From NCBI RefSeq assembly GCF_001194135.2, contig NC_068994.1, positions 28,849,428-28,913,427 on the forward strand: a stretch of 64,000 nt of DNA, given 5' to 3'. The translations under genes and the position numbers were made by a program. Under the pieces are notes generated by a model. The model was given only the letters and a program-made list of their open reading frames with translations. It searched no databases and was not told the origin of the DNA. Source of the stretch: Octopus bimaculoides (lineage: Eukaryota). Shown here in pieces: positions 51,063 to 63,654 of this stretch. The stretch's first letter is position 1. The number at the start of each line of letters is the position of its first letter.

Positions 51063-52748
51063 CTGTGGGGGTCAAAAGTGTTTGCAAATTGTATATATTG
51101 ATAAATTTATGCTTCAATATTTTCCAATATAATAACTATGTTACTCATTGTTCGATATGCAAATATATAAAGTAAATTCCTAGAGACGGAAACCAAATAA
51201 TCATATTCTGGGGGGAAAATATGGATTTTTAAAAAATTTCAGGAAGAAATATGGGCCAAAAGAGTTTGCAAGACTCATTTATTCGAAATAAATAACATTT
51301 TTAAACATAATATAATTTGAAACATTGTGTCATTATGATAATAGTACCATATATTGATAACATATTACAAGAAAACAACAGTTATTGCTCAAATAACAAT
51401 TAACAAAACAATACAAATTTATAAAACAATTTAACCCTTTATACACTTTCCTCCATTCTTANNNNNNNNNNNNNNNNNNNNNNNNNNNNNNNNNNNNNNN
51501 NNNNNNNNNNNNNNNNNNNNNNNTGTTGAGGTGTGATTTCAGAAGATACCTCCTTGATCCTCTCCCAAATGTCTTTTTTACTGTTGAATTGATGCCCGTT
51601 TTCATAAACCTTCCTCTTCAGAATCGACCAGAGGTTCTCTATCGGATTCAAATCCAGACTCTGAGGTGGCCAGTCCATCAGACATTCACCAGAGATCCCC
51701 TGGTCTGAAAGCCAAGCTTTTGTGAACCGAGAAGCATGACTTGGGGCATTGTCTTGTTGAATAATGAGATTCTGGTTGACGGCATCATTTTGTGAATTCA
51801 ACCAGGGCAATAAATTCTCTTCCAAAAACTCGCAGTAGTTCACAGAATTCATTTTGACACCTTCAGGGACAAGAAAAGGACCAACAATCTCACTTCCAAT
51901 AATCCCAGCCCAAATCATCACTCCCCCTCCTCCCTGTTGACGTCTGAATCGCAAGCGTGGGCTATTNNNNNNNNNNNNNNNNNNNNNNNNNNNNNNNNNN
52001 NNNNNNNNNNNNNNNNNNNNNNNNNNNNNNNNNNNNNNNNNNNNNNNNNNNNNNNNNNNNNNNNNNNNNNNNNNNNNNNNNNNNNNNNNNNNNNNNNNNN
52101 NNNNNNNNNNNNNNNNNNNNNNNNNNNNNNNNNNNNNNNNNNNNNNNNNNNNNNNNNNNNNNNNNNNNNNNNNNNNNNNNNNNNNNNNNNNNNNNNNNNN
52201 NNNNNNNNNNNNNNNNNNNNNNNNNNNNNNNNNNNNNNNNNNNNNNNNNNNNNNNNNNNNNNNNNNNNNNNNNNNNNNNNNNNNNNNNNNNNNNNNNNNN
52301 NNNNNNNNNNNNNNNNNNNNNNNNNNNNNNNNNNNNNNNNNNNNNNNNNNNNNNNNNNNNNNNNNNNNNNNNNNNNTTTTTCTTCCATCTTTGCCGTCAA
52401 TGACGAAACGTTTCACAGTTCGATGATCTCGTTTCAAAATTTTTGAAATTTCTAATGTAGACTTCTTTGCAGCAAGTAATTTAACAATTTCACCCTTCTC
52501 GCTATCTGTCAACATCTTTCCTTTAGCCATTATTAATAAATTTATGTTACCTGCATAAACTTTTGGCTCACCTGAAAAGAGGAAAATGTTTAACAATTAT
52601 TAAATTCTGGGTTTTTTCATAAAATGTAGTAATGAAAAAAAAACAATGGCAACCAGCAAATGATGGAAGAGGTGAAACTAAAAAATAAAGCAAAATTAAT
52701 AAAGAAATTGAGAAAAAATAGGTCTGCAAACTCTTTTGTCCCCCACAG
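51063..52748 (-). mobile_element. Near full-length Tc1-like transposon, DD37E (TRT-like)
   Basis: TA|CTGTGGGGGTCAAAAGTGTTTGCA at 51061 and TGCAAACTCTTTTGTCCCCCACAG|TA ending 52750 give ~24-bp TIRs with a TA TSD. The transposase lies inside. Confidence 0.92.
51439..52530 (-). CDS. Tc1-family DD37E transposase (partly hidden by N-gaps)
   Basis: MAKGKMLTDSEKGEIVKLL..STLEISKILKRDHRTVKRFV; RRQQGGGGVMIWAGII; QQDNAPSH (D at 51751-53) to DLNPIENLW (E at 51637-39), 37 residues between. No stops in the sequenced parts; the first catalytic D and the true C-terminus fall in gaps. Confidence 0.85.
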   Translation of the reverse strand: MAKGKMLTDSEKGEIVKLLAAKKSTLEISKILKRDHRTVKRFVIDGKDGRKXXXXXXXXXXXXXXXXXXXXXXXXXXXXXXXXXXXXXXXXXXXXXXXXXXXXXXXXXXXXXXXXXXXXXXXXXXXXXXXXXXXXXXXXXXXXXXXXXXXXXXXXXXXXXXXXXXXXXXXXXXXXXXXXXXXXXXXXXNSPRLRFRRQQGGGGVMIWAGIIGSEIVGPFLVPEGVKMNSVNYCEFLEENLLPWLNSQNDAVNQNLIIQQDNAPSHASRFTKAWLSDQGISGECLMDWPPQSLDLNPIENLWSILKRKVYENGHQFNSKKDIWERIKEVSSEITPQXXXXXXXXXXXXXXXXXXXXXXRMEESV

Positions 52749-52972
52749 TAGACATCTTATAATCAACCACATACAGGAGGTGGTTAAATGTCATAGCATA
52801 ACAATTGCATATGTATCCATTCCTGGTTTAACATGTTGTTAATTCAAAACAGGTGTTAGTACCAGGATTAAATTGGAATAAATAGAAGGTTCCATGAAGT
52901 ATTTTTCTTAAAAAATCAGTTGCATTTTTACAGGGATTTTTTTTTTTTAATCTATAAAAACATTTTTCAATC

Positions 52973-53008
52973 AGTTCCAATAACAAACACCTGTTTGTTA
53001 TTGGAACT
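52973..53008. repeat. Perfect 17-bp-arm palindrome
   Basis: AGTTCCAATAACAAACA-CC-TGTTTGTTATTGGAACT. Confidence 0.9.
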
Positions 53009-53289
53009 TATGTTTCTAGAATCTTCAACAATAAAATTCTTAAACTCCTGTTTTTCTTGAGTTATGGAATTGTTGATAAGTCACTTATCAAATTCATTTG
53101 CAGTATTTGTGTGTGTGTGTTCTATTTTTCTCCCCCGCTCAATCTAGAGAAACAGTTTTAGGATCTGTAGTGTTATGTGTTGGATCTTATATTTCTTCAG
53201 ATTCTTGAAGAGTATGTATGTATGTATTTTTTTTTTTTAATTCACTTTCAGAGTCTAGAAGAAAGGGCTAGTGGCTTTTGCAGACCAGT

Positions 53290-53560
53290 GCAAGTGTCTT
53301 CACAGACTCTGAGGCTAGGGAGCTTGATGCCATTAATGATCTCCTCAAACAATAGCAAGCCAACAACAGTTAGAGGGAAAGACTGAGCAGGGAGAGCATT
53401 CCAGAGGGATGACATTCTGAGGAAGATGGACAGTAGTAGTGAGTGTGGACCTAGCAGGATAGGTGGATGTAACTAGAATGATGAGAGAAGGAGAGACAAG
53501 TAGGCTGGGAATACCTGAGTAAAGACAGCAAGAGTCCAGCATACTGTGAAACAGAAGAGT
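53290..53560 (-). mobile_element. CR1-type LINE 3' end
   Basis: FLRMSSLWNALPAQSFP...FEEIINGIKL. Confidence 0.6.
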
Positions 53561-54509
53561 TGTACAAATTTTGTTTCTGTTATTTCACTTAACCATTAAG
53601 TATTTTTGTCAGTCCTTTGTGGATACCTGTCTGATAACTTAGCCAGAAATTCAGAGCTTTATTACTGGTTATTTTCTGTCTCTCATATTCTGTCATATCT
53701 TGATTACTTCATGGGTTAATTTTTCCTACAATTACTTTTCAGCTATATTTGTTTTGAACATTCTCACCCATGGGACTCCACCTATTGTCTGTACTCCTCC
53801 CTGGATATCTTCTTATTGGTGTTGCATTGCTTTTTATTTTGGTATTCTTGATAAAATTATTTTGTATTTTTATTCCAAAAATTCTTAGAACTTTCCATAA
53901 GAATGAATAGATTCTTCACTATTTAGTGAAGATCTTGTCTCTGTTTTTATTCCAGGTATAACACCTTGATATTTTGTATCACTCTAGTATTTGTCTGTCT
54001 GTCTCTTTATCCTTTTGTGTCTATTGACAATCTCATTAAGAATTAAAAGAGCTTTCAGTTTAATCTCCACTTTTCTGTCTATTGGTTTTTTTATGTTTAA
54101 GATTAGATTTTCTCTTATAAAAAAACTTGAGATTTAAGTGGAGGGAAGTTGGCACTCTTCTTTCTGACTACTGCAGTTAACTACATAGATTAACTGCTAT
54201 TGTGGTGAAAACTCAAGTCAGCCTTATAGACCTATGATCGAAAATATCCAAAGCTTTGACCATCCTGCTTGTTTAGGGCTGTATCATTTATCTTTTACTT
54301 GTTTCAGTCATTATGCTCGGGCAATGCCTTGAAAATTTTTAGTCAAATGCATCAGCTCCAGTACTTATTCATTTGTTAAGTTGGTATTCTCTTTTGCCAA
54401 ACTGCTAAGTTACGGAGACATAAGCACACCAGTTATCAAGTGATGGTGGTGGGGACACAGACACAAAGGCACATACACATAGGAGGTAAGTGTATGTATA
54501 TACATACAT

Positions 54510-54560
<51 letters not shown>

Positions 54561-54570
54561 NNNNNNNNNN

Positions 54571-54722
54571 GAAGTAAAAAACCCCAACTTAACCACTAAT
54601 CTCACTGAAAATATGCAATGGACCAACAGAAATTGAGTAAACAATCTGCTCTTTGTTCGATTTCAGTTGGTCCGTTACATATTTTCAGTGAGATTGGTGG
54701 TTAAGTTGGAGGTTTTTACTTC
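54571..54722. repeat. ~150-bp palindrome
   Basis: GAAGTAAAAA.CC.CAACTTAACCAC.AATCTCACTGAAAATATG.AA.GGACCAAC.GAAAT and its reverse complement, starting directly at a 10-N gap. Confidence 0.9.
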
Positions 54723-54774
54723 CACTTTCTAGCAAGCTGGTGCTTCGCGTGCCTTCTAATATAATTGTGAATAA

Positions 54775-55590
54775 ACTGACATCTCATTTTAATAGATATA
54801 TTTACCAAAATTACCTAAAAATATCTTGAAATACTAAAGAGTAAATTTATTTAATAAAATTGCCATTGGCTTCAACCACAGCTTCCAGACAGCTTTGGAA
54901 TCTCCTGCAACTCTTCTGAACGGTCTACTTGTTTAAGTTGGTGAATGCTGCCATAATCCTTGCCTTCAGTTCATCTATGGTGTTACAAGGAGTTTTGTTT
55001 GTCTCTCACTCAACTGTACCCCACACATAATAATCAAAGGGGTTGTGGTTTCAGAGTTAGGTGGCCAGATGTTAGGGGTGATGTGGTTCCAGAAATTGTC
55101 TGACAGCCATGACTGGGTTCTCCTGCTTGTGTGGCATAGTGCAGAGTCCTATTGCCAGACATAGGGTCTTCCAGCAGCCACCCTCTTGACTGAGGGCAGC
55201 ACTCCCTCCTCCAAGTACTTGATGTAGGCCTCCATGTTGAGTTTGAGGCCATGTGGGAAGACGAATGGAGGCATAACATCGCCATCACTAGTGATCACTC
55301 CAAGCACCATGATGTTGACTGGCTGTGTACATGTCGTCAGATTGCACCGTTCTCAGATTGACACCCAAACTCTGAAATATTTATATTGGAGCTTCTGGTA
55401 TGAACATCAAACAGTACAGCATATTGTTTCCAAATTTTTGGCAGAGTGAATTGCATCATGGTGCTGTTTTTCTCACAGATGGTGCCCAACTGATCCTACT
55501 ATACTGCATAGTCGACAAAATCAAAAACAAACAATGTGTATGTACAAAGTAAAAATTATAAAATAGTGACAATTTACCCATTGCACCCTG
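54775..55590 (-). mobile_element. maT-like (DD37D) element, internally deleted and decayed
   Basis: IMVLGVITSDGDVMPPFVF..YIKYLEE..VWQ*DSALCHTSRRTQSWL..WPPNS..(frameshift)NPFDYYVWG..NKTPCNT..LEAVVEANGNFIK*. TIR ...AATTTACCCATTGCACCCTG|TA at 55570-55592. Confidence 0.85.
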
Positions 55591-58315
55591 TATATACATA
55601 TTTTCAGAAACAAGGGTTTCTTTCAGTTTTCATCTACCAAATCCACTCACAAAGCTTTGGTCAGTCCAAGGCTGTAGTAGAAGACACTTGCCCTAGGTGT
55701 TACACACTGGGACTGAACCCAGAACCATGTGGTTGGGAAGCAAGCTTCATACCACACAGCCACATCTACAAATACTTTCAACACTTAGTTGAAGGGACTT
55801 TTTCTTGTTTCTTTTTTGTATTCTTTTCTTGCAAATTGCTTGACAACTTCACTCCTACTGGTGGTATGAGAAAAATCCCCCATTACATTCTGTAAAATGG
55901 TTAGCATTTGGAAGGGCATTCAGCAGTAAAACCCATGCCAATGTTGACATAGGGTCTTGTCACAGTGGCATTGCTCACTAGATCCTGTCAAACCATCCCA
56001 CCTATGCCTGATGGAGAATAGTAACTAAATGATGAGGATGACATGAGGCAACCATGTTATTTCTTGAAAGTTCTACCTTGTAGCTAGACTCCTTCATAGA
56101 CTTGGCATAAATTGATTAATTTTTCCTGGTGATATTAATATCTCTGATTGTTTTCAGAATATCTATGATGGCCAAGTATTTTTTTTTTTGGTTTTTCCAT
56201 TGTTGCTATTTTATCTTTAAGTTTTACAGGGAGACTGGGATCATTTGGTCCAAAAGAAGATTCCATCTTTAGATTATTCATGTATTCAAAATAAAATAAC
56301 TAGCTTTAGATCTTCTTTTTAGATCTCTTCCATATTCTTCTGTTCCTGTTTTTGTGTCTGTGTGTATTGGCCTTTGTTTAGTCAATATTCTCAAAGTATG
56401 TTACTGTTTTTTTTTTTACTTCTTTTGTTTAAACTTTCAATACTTCTTTTCTAATCCTTTACATTCTCACTGTTTATCTTCTGTCTTTTTATATTTTATT
56501 TTTATTGTTTGTAATTTTTATGTCTGTTTTTGTTCATTGTTTGAGGTTTTATTGCTTGTAGTCTTTCTTTCTTTCTTTTGTAACTGTTCAGTTTTCTATG
56601 CTTGATAGCTTTTTGATTTTTAAGTATGTATTTGTTTAAATTAGCTCATTTGTTGAGATCCAGAGTTACTTCTAGGTCAAGGTTATTTTCTCTTCAGGTA
56701 TTAAACATGTACAGTATGTATCATTTTCTGTGCTGGCATACGGCTGTAAAATATGCATATAGGAATGTATTTGCCTTGGTACTGTTCATGATTTATTAGT
56801 CAGATTGGCATCATTTTTATTGAATATTCCTGTATCCATTACTGTTGAAGCAATATTTTCCATAATTAGGCTATAAGATGATGTATTAAATATTGTGTGC
56901 AAAAAATTCCTAATTAATGTAAATTTCCCTCTTAGTTGAAGAAAGAAAACAGAATCTAGTAGTGGTTGTTAGCGACTGTCAAGGGAGACTCACATCCATA
57001 TAAATATACAACTTGGAAACAAACAGACTTGGAGTGGAGAGGGCATGTCATTGATCCAATCAATAACAGCAAATAAAGGACTTTGACAAACCTAGCTGAC
57101 TGTTTGAATGATTGAGTGATTAACAAGCAGGGTAGTTAAATGGTTAACTGTTTCACTTACAAAATAAAGAAGTGAAATATAGCCAGTGCATGTGTTTATT
57201 ACTAGCAGAATGACCTTCCTGGGATACAACAAAATATGTTTCAACACACAATTTCACATCTTGCAATCCAAATGCAGAAACAAAGAATTAATTTCTCAGA
57301 TTTAATTTTCATACTCAGAGGAAAGAAAATCTGATGTTTTAAGGCAAGGGAGATGACTATGGATATGTTTCAATCTGTTGAACCTCATCAGTACAGCCTA
57401 CTGAAGCCTGCTGATCAGTTGACATATATTTTTACATATAAAAATAAAAGCAAAAGTTAAGAACATTTTGGGGACAGTATAAGTTGCATAATTTTTTAAA
57501 AAATGAATTCAAAGAAAATAACCTACAACACCTAATGGCATGGATTTTTTTTAAAGATAATTAGATTAAAAAATAATCTATTGAATCTACTATACAATGT
57601 TTATGTTTTGTTAATTGAAATTTTGCATATTCTGTCATTCTTGTTATCAAATTTAAAGTACACATTCTTCTTTTAAACTGAGGTTGAATATGATTATAGT
57701 TTTTTTTGCTTGCATTTGACATGCTTTGTATTCAGTTAGCTTTTTTTTTTTGGTCTGGTATTGGGATAAGTTGTTCTCTGTTCATGGTTTTTTATAAATG
57801 GCGTCCAGTTGACAGTGCAAATTCTCAGAATACATAGTTTATGTGAGGCAGACCAAAATACCTTATTATTTTACATAGCTCTCCTTAAACCTGTAAGTCA
57901 GTTGTTTGTGGGGTTTTTTTTTTGCTGTTATTTCATTGATGTTTAAAAATAACTTTTTCAAACTTACTGCTGCTGCTGCGAGCTGGTAAAATCATTAGCA
58001 CACTGGACAAATTGTTTAGTGGCATTTCGCCTGTCTTTACATTCTGAGTTCAAATGCTGCCAAGGTAAACTTTACTTCTCATCCTTCCATGATTGATAAA
58101 ATAAGTTCTAGTTGAGCACTGAGCTTGATGTAACCAACTAGCCCCCTCTGCCAAAGATTTTCTGTCCTTGTGACCAGAGTAGAAAGGATTATTATTAAGG
58201 TGATGAGCTGGCAGAATCATTAGGATACCAGGTGAAATGTTTAGTAGTATTTCACCTGAGTTCAAATTCTGCTGAAGTTGACTTAGCCTTTCGTCCTTTC
58301 AGGGTCGATAAATTC

Positions 58316-58753
58316 AGAGTGACACGGAAGTAAAATATACAAAGCCCAGTATACCCATCATGACTTCCCGTTTGATAAGGGTACACCAGGCACATGCATC
58401 ACAACCATATATGCGAGACATAATGATCTCATATCAAGATAAACAGCGCATTACTTTGCAGGTGGGGCCCAGTTAGAATTTCTTTCAGGTTGAGTAGCCC
58501 ATCCCGCTCAAAAGGTCCCTGAATAAGAATTGTTTAAAGAATGTTGAACAAAATACCCATGTTTCCAGAGGTGAATTATCCAAATCCCCTCAACTGGTTA
58601 CGGTCGAACAACTGACAAGCAAATCTGTAGTAATGAGCAGAATATTTACTGTAGCCCATCTTTTATACCAAGACAAAATAATGTACATAATAACACTTGC
58701 AATCAGTTAAGATCAAAAGCCATGAGAGCCACTGTCTGGTACTGCATCAGGCC

Positions 58754-58755
<2 letters not shown>
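58316..58755 (-). repeat. Probable retroposon 3'UTR-type interspersed repeat next to (TTA)n
   Basis: Relatively GC/CpG-richer 440-bp block bounded by a SINE and a (TTA)n tract. It resembles a repeat I recall from octopus; family not assigned. Confidence 0.35.
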
Positions 58756-58796
<41 letters not shown>

Positions 58797-59174
58797 AGTA
58801 GATTTGGTAGATAGATACTGAAAGAAGCCTGGTGTGTGTATGTGTGTGTGGTGAGAAATGTTTTTCATAGAAGACTAGAAATGAACAACACCACTTGTAG
58901 GATAATGATGATTCCTATTTACAACCATCACATAGTCTAGACATGGGTACACACACAAATGATAATGATATTCATTCCATAGTATATCATGGTATAGTCA
59001 AAAGAAAGCACTATTTGGTTAACTGTTGCTAAGTTCTACTTAAAGCTGAAGCTTCGAGGGACTCTGCCAAACACAATACATTAGAAATCACCCAGATTTT
59101 GTTCACTTGTATTTTATCAACAGTATAAAGAATAAGAATGAATACTGTCAGCTTTGCCATGATTTGAACCTTAA

Positions 59175-59397
59175 CCCTTCTGATTCTGAACTACTTGAGA
59201 CCGCCTTTGGTACTATGATAAAAAAAATCTGTTTTAAAGTGATTTCAATTTTATCCCTTCCATAAAAATATTCTGGTAATTTATGTTCTAAACACCAGCT
59301 TAATAATGACAAAATTATTTTACTAAATTCTTCATTATTTTCAAAATTAATTGAAACAAGATCAGCATGTTTCAACAGAAATAGGGTAACAAAAAGG
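59175..59397. mobile_element. TTAA-flanked piggyBac-like MITE (second family)
   Basis: TTAA|CCCTT at 59171 and AAAAAGG|TTAA ending 59401. The internal sequence is unlike the 5102 family. Confidence 0.5.
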
Positions 59398-60600
59398 TTA
59401 ACCCATACATAACAAATTTATAATAAATCATAGATGATGGTTAGATGATTGCTCTAACAAATATGTCTGCTGCACTTTGATATCAAATATTCATCAAACA
59501 GTTGCCTACAAATGATTTATTTAATATAAAGTGTGTGAAAAAATTATTAACCAATGATAGAGTTCATTGCACCAGTAGTAATAGTGTGTGTTGAGCAGTA
59601 AATACAAAAGTAAATTTGGAAGACGAGCCAAAAGGCAAAAACAGAAAACAGTGCTACAATGAACTTTGTGTAAATCACCACTTCAAGATGTGGGCCTATA
59701 GTTGACCACTTCAGCACAAAAATTGCTTGTGGGCATCTTTGGAATGAGAAACTGCATGTACTACAAGACAAGAGAAATGATACCAGAGGGAGAGAAATCT
59801 GTGCTGAGCCCCAATTGACTGGAGTAGGGAGGTTCCCCATATGATTGTGGGTGGGTTACCTTGTCTGTTTAACATTTCCAGAACATATCTTGTTTAAATT
59901 GTTTTATATAATTTTGTGTTTTTAAATCATCAACATCATTCACTTTTCCATGCTTGTATGCATCAGACAAAATCCATTGAGGCAAATTTCCTCTAGCCAG
60001 ATGCCCTTCCAGTTACCAACATCCAGCAATTCCCAAATAAGTTAATATTTCCTCTAGTCCTTTAAACGCAGACATCTATGTATGTAGATGTTTATATCCA
60101 TGCTTATAGGGGTGAGAAGATTTTTGTTGGAGCAGTAGTTTTCAAAATTGGATGCTCCTCTTCTTAGTACTAACCAATGAACCATGAAAGCAGCTGTTTA
60201 ATCAGCTAAACTGAATGGATCAGGTAGAATATGGTATTGTTGGCAAGATTTGAACTCATTAACCTGTGGTCATTAATTCAGTACTATAACCACACAAACT
60301 AAAACCTTCAGACTCATTACAAGCATTAAATTTCCACAATCCCTGATGATCTATCATAGTGATCATTAATATTTCTAAAGCTGTGCATTACATTACACTG
60401 CTAAAGCTGTGTTTTCTAAAAGACTAATTACTTTTTCATGTACAGCTCTGATTATTTTAGTGACGTGCTACAAAAATTTCAAAAGCAGTATAATACACTT
60501 CAAATTGCACCTCGCATATCAGTATTGTAACTTCACGGGCATGCATACAGGCATGTACACTCACAGATACAAACAGTACACACATACAAGCATGTATATG

Positions 60601-60631
<31 letters not shown>

Positions 60632-62739
60632 CACACACTGGTTTCAAAGATGAGTGCGTTACTTTGATCAGTTGAATTACCATTTAAGTAACTGAGTTTT
60701 CCACAGACAAGTGTTCCCTGATCATAATCTGAGCAAAATCAGCATGGCACAGTATATGTTGAAAAAGCTGAGCCCTTGGGTTACAGCTACAGTCCACCCA
60801 GAAAGCTTCCCCACAGTTTCTGTGTACTTAGTTATAATGGTTAGACTTGGGTTAACCTAGCAAAAGATACTTGCTCAAATACTATGCAATGGGATTAACC
60901 AAAGACCTTGTGATTCTGATTAAATCCACAGATGTGCTCTCCCCATTTCTCTGTTCCTTCTATTAGAACTACTATAATGACTCTCTTCATCTGAACTTCC
61001 AAGCTATGTGCCCATCCACCTTCACCTCTGCTGAATTTCCCCTCATACACCCACATCTCTTCTCATCCTGAAGCATTGTACCCAATCCTTCTTACCCAGG
61101 ACTACAAAACTCTGCAACTCCCCCACTGAGCTGTGTGTTTCCTTATAACCATTACAGTAGTTCACCAAGTTTGACATTAATCACTTAAATGATTAAAAAA
61201 AAAAAAAGAATCTTTAAAAGCACAATTTTGCCTCCACTTACAACAAGTAACACCATGTTTACAGCAGTTATTTACAGTTAAGTGGACTGGACAATGTTCT
61301 AGAGTTAAGTGCCTGTGGCTGTGGTTACATCATTACAACATTGGTGACAGGATACTTACTGTTGACCTTCCTGTCACTTTAGTGACAGAGATAGAAAAAG
61401 GGATGAATGGGCATTTGGCTGGCTGTTTGTCTGTCACTCCTGATATAATGACCATCTACAACTCTCAACTTTTCTCAGAGTAAAATAAGCAGACAATATT
61501 TATAATACATTCCTTGATCCTTCTAACTACAGCACTATTTACTCAGCTGCTGTAATTATATGAGAGCAGAATTACCCATATTCCTCTCCTTTCTTTGCTA
61601 CTAGTTATCCCACTCCTTGAAACCACTTCCCTTACTACCCATCATGCACCCCTATCATCATCCTTTGCTCCTTTTTTACCATTGAATGCCCTTTTCCCCT
61701 GAACACTCTCTCATATCTGTCCAACACAGCCCTCTGTGGATTCTGTCAAAACTGTCCCATTCATGATAGTATGGAATATGGGTATTAAATGAAAATGATG
61801 GTGATTGTTACATGTTTGTTCAGGGGTGCTGCTAGGTGCAAGCATGACTGTGATTAAGAAGTTTGCTTTGCAAACAAGTGGCTTCAGGATCAGTTCTACT
61901 GCATGGTGGTTTGGGTGACCAAAGTCTTAATAAAGGTGTGTGTGTGTGTGTGTGTGTGTGCATGGATGCTGATATTCTATGTTTGTCACCGTTTGGACAA
62001 ACTGGTGGTGGTATTGACATTTTTCCTTGACAGACATTATGACCAGTAACTCTGTGTTTTCAAAGACCTGGAATGAAAAAAAATTCCTTAACTTTAAAAT
62101 TAGGGTTGATGACAGAAAGTGCATCTGACCATAAAATCCTGCCTCAAAATAGCTTTCATCTAACCCATGCTTACATGGAAAAATAGATTTGAAATTAACA
62201 AATGTGTAATAATATTACACAAATAATAGTTTCTGATTTGGACACAAGGGTAGCAATTTTGAGGGAAGCGGGTTAGTTCATTCTATTGACCCTATATTAT
62301 CAATTATTGTTTGGTGACTGAAAGACGTTATTGTATTATTTGCTCATATTAGTTCAAACTAAGTGAAAGACTTCAATCATGTTTCTGGGCTGAACACTTT
62401 ATTACACATTCCCTCAGTTTATTCAGTTGTGTGCAATACAGACCAGATCATTAGAGAAATGTTACCCTGTAATAAGCTAGTTGACTATCCTGGAGGAGTT
62501 TATCTTATTCTCTTAACATGAAACTAGAGCAGTAATACTTCACTTACATACTCACAAAGGACAAAGCTTACACCTATTTTCTCACAACAAACTTTAACCA
62601 GGTACTTGTGAGCTCACAGGGAACATTGAGTGTTTTGAGGGGTTGTGATTCTTCTTAGAAATAAAATATTTAAACCATTCTCGATATTTAATTTTAAACC
62701 TTTTGTTACCATATTTCTGTTGAGATACATTTTGTGTGT

Positions 62740-63160
62740 TTCTTTTACTTGTTTCGGTCATTTCACTGTGACCATGCTGGGGCACCACCTTCAAGGGTTT
62801 TTTAGTCAAACAAATCAACCATGGGACATATTTTTAAATCTGATACTTATTGTATCAGTCTCTTTTATCAAACTGCTAAGTTTGTGGACATAAACATGCC
62901 AACACTGGTTGTCAAGCAGTGATGGTGGGGGACAAACACAAAGGCACACACACATAGATACATGTGTGTGTGTGTGTATGTATATATATATATATATATA
63001 TATATTTATTTATGTGCGCACGTATATATCAGGCGTCTTTCAGTTTCCATTTAGCAAATCCACTCACAAGACTTGGGTTGCACTGAGGTTATAGTGGGAG
63101 ACACTTGCCCATGGTTCCATGCAGTGGGACTGAACCTGGAACCATGTGGTTGGGAAGCAA
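62740..63160 (-). mobile_element. SINE family A copy
   Basis: Tail, microsatellite and head in reverse orientation. Confidence 0.85.
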
Positions 63161-63654
63161 AATAAGTGTCATTATTAAAATGGTGTTTGGTACATAAATT
63201 AACATGAAATTTTGATGGAAGGTTTTAATGTAGGTCTCTTTAAGTTGTTCAGACTGGACATCAATGATATTTAATATCACCAATTTGGAAGGGCCTCAAA
63301 TGTCATGGATACTGTTCTCTTATCATCATCATCATCATTTAATGATGAAATAGATCAAGCAGAGTAGAAACATCAGTTGTCAAAACTAGACTGCACACAA
63401 ATATCAAGAAAAACGAATATGCCTTTCAACTAATCAAGTGATGCTGAACTATTTGCTTTGAACAGTTCCAAATTGAATGTTGCTGAAGACTTCAAGTACT
63501 TAGGCGGTTGGGTGAGCAGTTAGGAAGCAGATATCAAGATCAGGAAGGCACAAGCATGGACGCCTGTGACAAACTAAATACGGTCTGGAACTCCAAATTG
63601 ACCAGGTGAATCAAAATCAAGCCATTCATTGCAACTATTGAATCAATTCTATTA

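Noticed and set aside
56050-56900. Possible decayed retroelement coding sequence on the minus strand
   Set aside because: Composition is suggestive, but I could not identify any diagnostic motif.
57350-57400. CTGATGA...GAAA...GTC on the minus strand (hammerhead-like)
   Set aside because: Helices I, II and III do not pair convincingly and there is no PLE context.
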